From positions 54,113 to 78,112 of the forward strand of contig CBDFHS010000005.1 of assembly GCA_965247715.1 (NCBI GenBank): DNA of 24,000 bases, written 5' to 3'. Shown here in pieces: positions 22,027-24,000 of this stretch. Below the pieces are notes generated by a model. That model was not told where the DNA came from. It saw nothing but the letters and a program-made list of their open reading frames with translations, and searched no databases. How positions within the stretch are numbered: the first letter of the stretch is position 1; each line of letters opens with the position of its first letter. The stretch is from Nakamurella sp. Its GTDB lineage: Bacteria; Actinomycetota; Actinomycetes; Mycobacteriales; Nakamurellaceae. Position numbers and translations under genes: made by a program.

Positions 22027-22340
22027 GTGATCGACAGTGTCATCAACGTGTTGTTCCCTCATCTGAATGGCGTGACAGTCGAGCGGGTCGAACGGCTGGG
22101 CAGGGGTTGCGGATCTGGTCCCAGACGGTGGCGCCCGGTGTGTTTGCCCGGGGTGTTCCCAGCTCACGTCTCGGGTGCACTCCCGGTATCACCGGACGCT
22201 GCAGGACGCCACGGTGGCCGGCCGCTCGGTGAGCCTACGGCTGCTGGTACGCCGGTTCCGTTGCCCAGCACCGGCCTGCGACGTGATGACCTTTGCAGAA
22301 CAGATACGGTCAGATCCAGTCTCAGGCCGCCGTCGACACA
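22027..22340 (+). pseudogene. ISL3-family transposase, N-terminal ~100 codons only, with 2 frameshifts
   Basis: Across three frames: (V)IDSVINVLFPHLNGVTVERVERLG / GLRIWSQTVAPGV / CPGCSQLTSRVHSRYHRTLQDATVAGRSVSLRLLVRRFRCPAPACDVMTFAEQI. This is the zf-ISL3 N-terminal pattern. It ends where the convergent ydeI-like gene stops. Confidence 0.75.
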
Positions 22341-22346
22341 CGCTGG

Positions 22347-22958
22347 CTACTTCTTCTTTGCCGGGCGGGGGTGGTTGGCGCGGATGTTGTGCGCCGCCAG
22401 GTCTACGGTCTGGGTCATTCGACGCTGGCGAGTTTCCGGCTTCTTCGCCTTCTCGATCCACTCCAGGATTAGCCGGCGCGAGGACATCGGGAATGCCTGG
22501 AAGTTGCGGAAGGCCGTCTCGTTATCGTCGAAGAGTTGCTGCAGGTCATCCGGTATGACACCGTTTTGAGCATCCGCGAGCGAGTCCCAGTTGTTGGTCG
22601 CCTTGGCCACGTCGATGGCGGCTTGGCCAGGCGGCCGCATGAGACCCTGGCGGATCATCTCCTCGGCGCGTTCCCTGTTTACCCTGCCCCACGTGCTCTT
22701 CGGGTTTCGAGGGGAGAACATGAGGAAGAAGCTTTCGTGGTCGCGGGGCGCGGCCCTGCTGTCGACCCATCCGAAACACAGGGCGTCCACGATGGCGTCA
22801 TGGAAGCTGACGCTGGGAACCGGGCTCTTCTTGTGGTAGATGATCAGCCATACGGACTTCTCTGACGGGCCATTGTGCTCCAGCCATTCGCGCCAGGACT
22901 CACGTGTCTCGGCATAGAAAGTGGCCACGCCGTCTTTCGTTCCGACCTGTGAACTCAC
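22347..22958 (-). CDS. YdeI/OmpD-associated family protein (DUF1801-related)
   Basis: FYAETRESWREWLEHN...VWLIIYHKKS...DAIVDALCFGWVDS...SPRNPKSTWGRVNRERAEEMIRQGLM..G...IPDDLQQLFDDNETAFRNFQAFPMSSRRLILEWIEKAKKPETRQRRM. Start chosen at GTG 22958, with GAGGGG 5 nt upstream; the ORF-track start at 23057 is an upstream GTG. Confidence 0.75.
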   Translation of the reverse strand: MSSQVGTKDGVATFYAETRESWREWLEHNGPSEKSVWLIIYHKKSPVPSVSFHDAIVDALCFGWVDSRAAPRDHESFFLMFSPRNPKSTWGRVNRERAEEMIRQGLMRPPGQAAIDVAKATNNWDSLADAQNGVIPDDLQQLFDDNETAFRNFQAFPMSSRRLILEWIEKAKKPETRQRRMTQTVDLAAHNIRANHPRPAKKK

Positions 22959-23298
22959 TGTGCCCCTCAATGGCGAGCAGCGCGCGCCGCGTTGATTATT
23001 CGTCCATCTGGTTCGCGGCAGATCACCGTCGGGCAATCTTACGGGAGGGCCTCGCACCGCTCAACTCCGCGGACACCCGGCAGGGGGCCGTACATGATAG
23101 TTGGTTCTTGCATTGCGTGGCTCCGCTTATCGACGAGACCCGAGACGTCATCGGGGCCACGCTGGATATCGCCGTTCAGCAGGGAAAACGTGCCCGAATG
23201 AAAGACCGGAAAGACATGCCACGTGCCGGAGAAGGGCGGCGGCGAGCGTTACCGGCTGCATTGTCCCCGCCGGCCGGCGGGACGTATCGTCATGGCCC

Positions 23299-24000
23299 AT
23301 GTTGCTAAACACCCGCGAATGGGGCGACGGTGACCGTGTAGCCGTTCTGGTGCACGGCATAATGGGGGAATCCCGCAGCTGGTGGCAGGTCGGTCCGGCA
23401 TTGGCAGACCGCGGTTACCGAGTCATCGCGGTCGACCTGCCCGGTCATGGTCATTCGCCACGATGCGCCACCGCGGACATCGCATTCTTTGTCGACTCTC
23501 TCATCGAATCCGTGCCGTCGCGGCCCGCCTTGACAGTCGCCCATTCCATGGGGGCCTTCATCCTGGCGGAGGGGGTTTCTCGTCTACAGCCCGAGCGGGT
23601 CGTCTACATCGACACGCCGTTCGGCCCCAGCCGCGGGGGCTTCGACGCCGCTGCCGTGACCGCCCTGTACACCCGGGCGAAGACTGACCAGACGGCCGCA
23701 GCTTTGCAACGCACCCGACCCCTGTGGTCCGAACAGGACCGTCAGACCGAGGTGCGGGCGGCCGCACTCTTCCACGTCCCCACGGCGGTGAGTCTGCTGG
23801 CGAGCGCGGCTGGCAAGGTTTACCAGCCGCCCACCGGTGTGCCGTCCCTGATGATCCGGCCCGAGCCGAGCCGTTACGTGCGGCCTGAGGCGGTCGAGGA
23901 GCTGCAGCGCCTCGGGATAGGCGTGCGATCTATCGCGGGAGCCGACCACATCGCCTGGCACGGACACCTTGAACCTTTCATGGCAGCGCTCGACGGCTGG
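23299..24000 (+). CDS. Alpha/beta-fold hydrolase; 3' end lies outside the window
   Basis: ATG at 23299, and frame 1 stays open to nt 24000 (234 codons). It is absent from the ORF track because no stop falls in the window. Features: VAVLVHGIMGESRSWW (oxyanion HG), VIAVDLPGHGHS, nucleophile elbow AHSMGA, and late ADHIAWHGH. Confidence 0.8.
   Translation, partial: MLLNTREWGDGDRVAVLVHGIMGESRSWWQVGPALADRGYRVIAVDLPGHGHSPRCATADIAFFVDSLIESVPSRPALTVAHSMGAFILAEGVSRLQPERVVYIDTPFGPSRGGFDAAAVTALYTRAKTDQTAAALQRTRPLWSEQDRQTEVRAAALFHVPTAVSLLASAAGKVYQPPTGVPSLMIRPEPSRYVRPEAVEELQRLGIGVRSIAGADHIAWHGHLEPFMAALDGW

Noticed and set aside
21856-22569. The 237-aa plus-strand ORF (and 22175-22558) as an intact gene.
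   Set aside because: It is a composite read-through of the IS 5' region, the frameshifted ISL3 fragment and the antisense of the ydeI-like gene. Only the ISL3 N-terminal motifs are real.
22959-23298. A possible small gene in the 340-nt divergent spacer between the ydeI-like gene and the hydrolase gene (for example the 36-codon MKDRKDMPRAG.. ORF).
   Set aside because: The ORFs are short, Arg/Gly-rich and lack an RBS or recognisable motifs. The region is treated as a divergent promoter region.
1-24000. Scan for CRISPR arrays, tRNA/rRNA genes, integrase/att sites and toxin-antitoxin or defence-system gene pairs.
   Set aside because: No regularly spaced direct repeats, no cloverleaf-capable or rRNA-like segments, and no defence-type gene pairs were found. 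The only reverse transcriptase has the full group II intron RNA context, so it is not a retron, DRT or Abi-type RT.

Overview
High-GC (about 70%) actinomycete-type DNA. All family calls come from by-eye motif recognition and alignments recalled from memory; no searches were run.

**nt 1-16918: biosynthetic gene cluster.** All genes lie on the + strand, tightly packed and largely translationally coupled. The cluster is fed from chorismate and contains, in order:
- a class I DAHP synthase, 5'-truncated by the window edge
- an NRPS module with a vestigial C domain, an A domain and a T domain
- a DHA2-type MFS exporter
- an FAD aromatic hydroxylase
- a cluster-borne chorismate synthase
- an MbtI/Irp9-type salicylate synthase
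- a KAS III-like acyltransferase
- a salicylate-type aryl-AMP ligase
- a free aryl carrier protein
- an amidohydrolase-superfamily enzyme
- a PhzE/PhzD/EntA-like trio predicted to make 3-hydroxyanthranilate (3-HAA)

This gene set follows the logic of benzoxazole assembly (caboxamycin, nataxazole, A33853 type) but carries extra parts. The product cannot be assigned from sequence alone. A convergent VOC/glyoxalase gene closes the cluster.

**nt ~17.8-22.3 kb: insertion-sequence graveyard.** It holds IS3-type and IS30-type remnants and an IS4-like element with 18-bp terminal inverted repeats and a frameshifted transposase. A complete 1929-nt group II intron (RT/maturase ORF, domains V and VI) sits exactly inside one terminal repeat of that element. 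An ISL3 fragment follows.

**nt 22.3-24 kb.** A YdeI-family gene and a 3'-truncated alpha/beta hydrolase.

No rRNA, tRNA or CRISPR array was seen.
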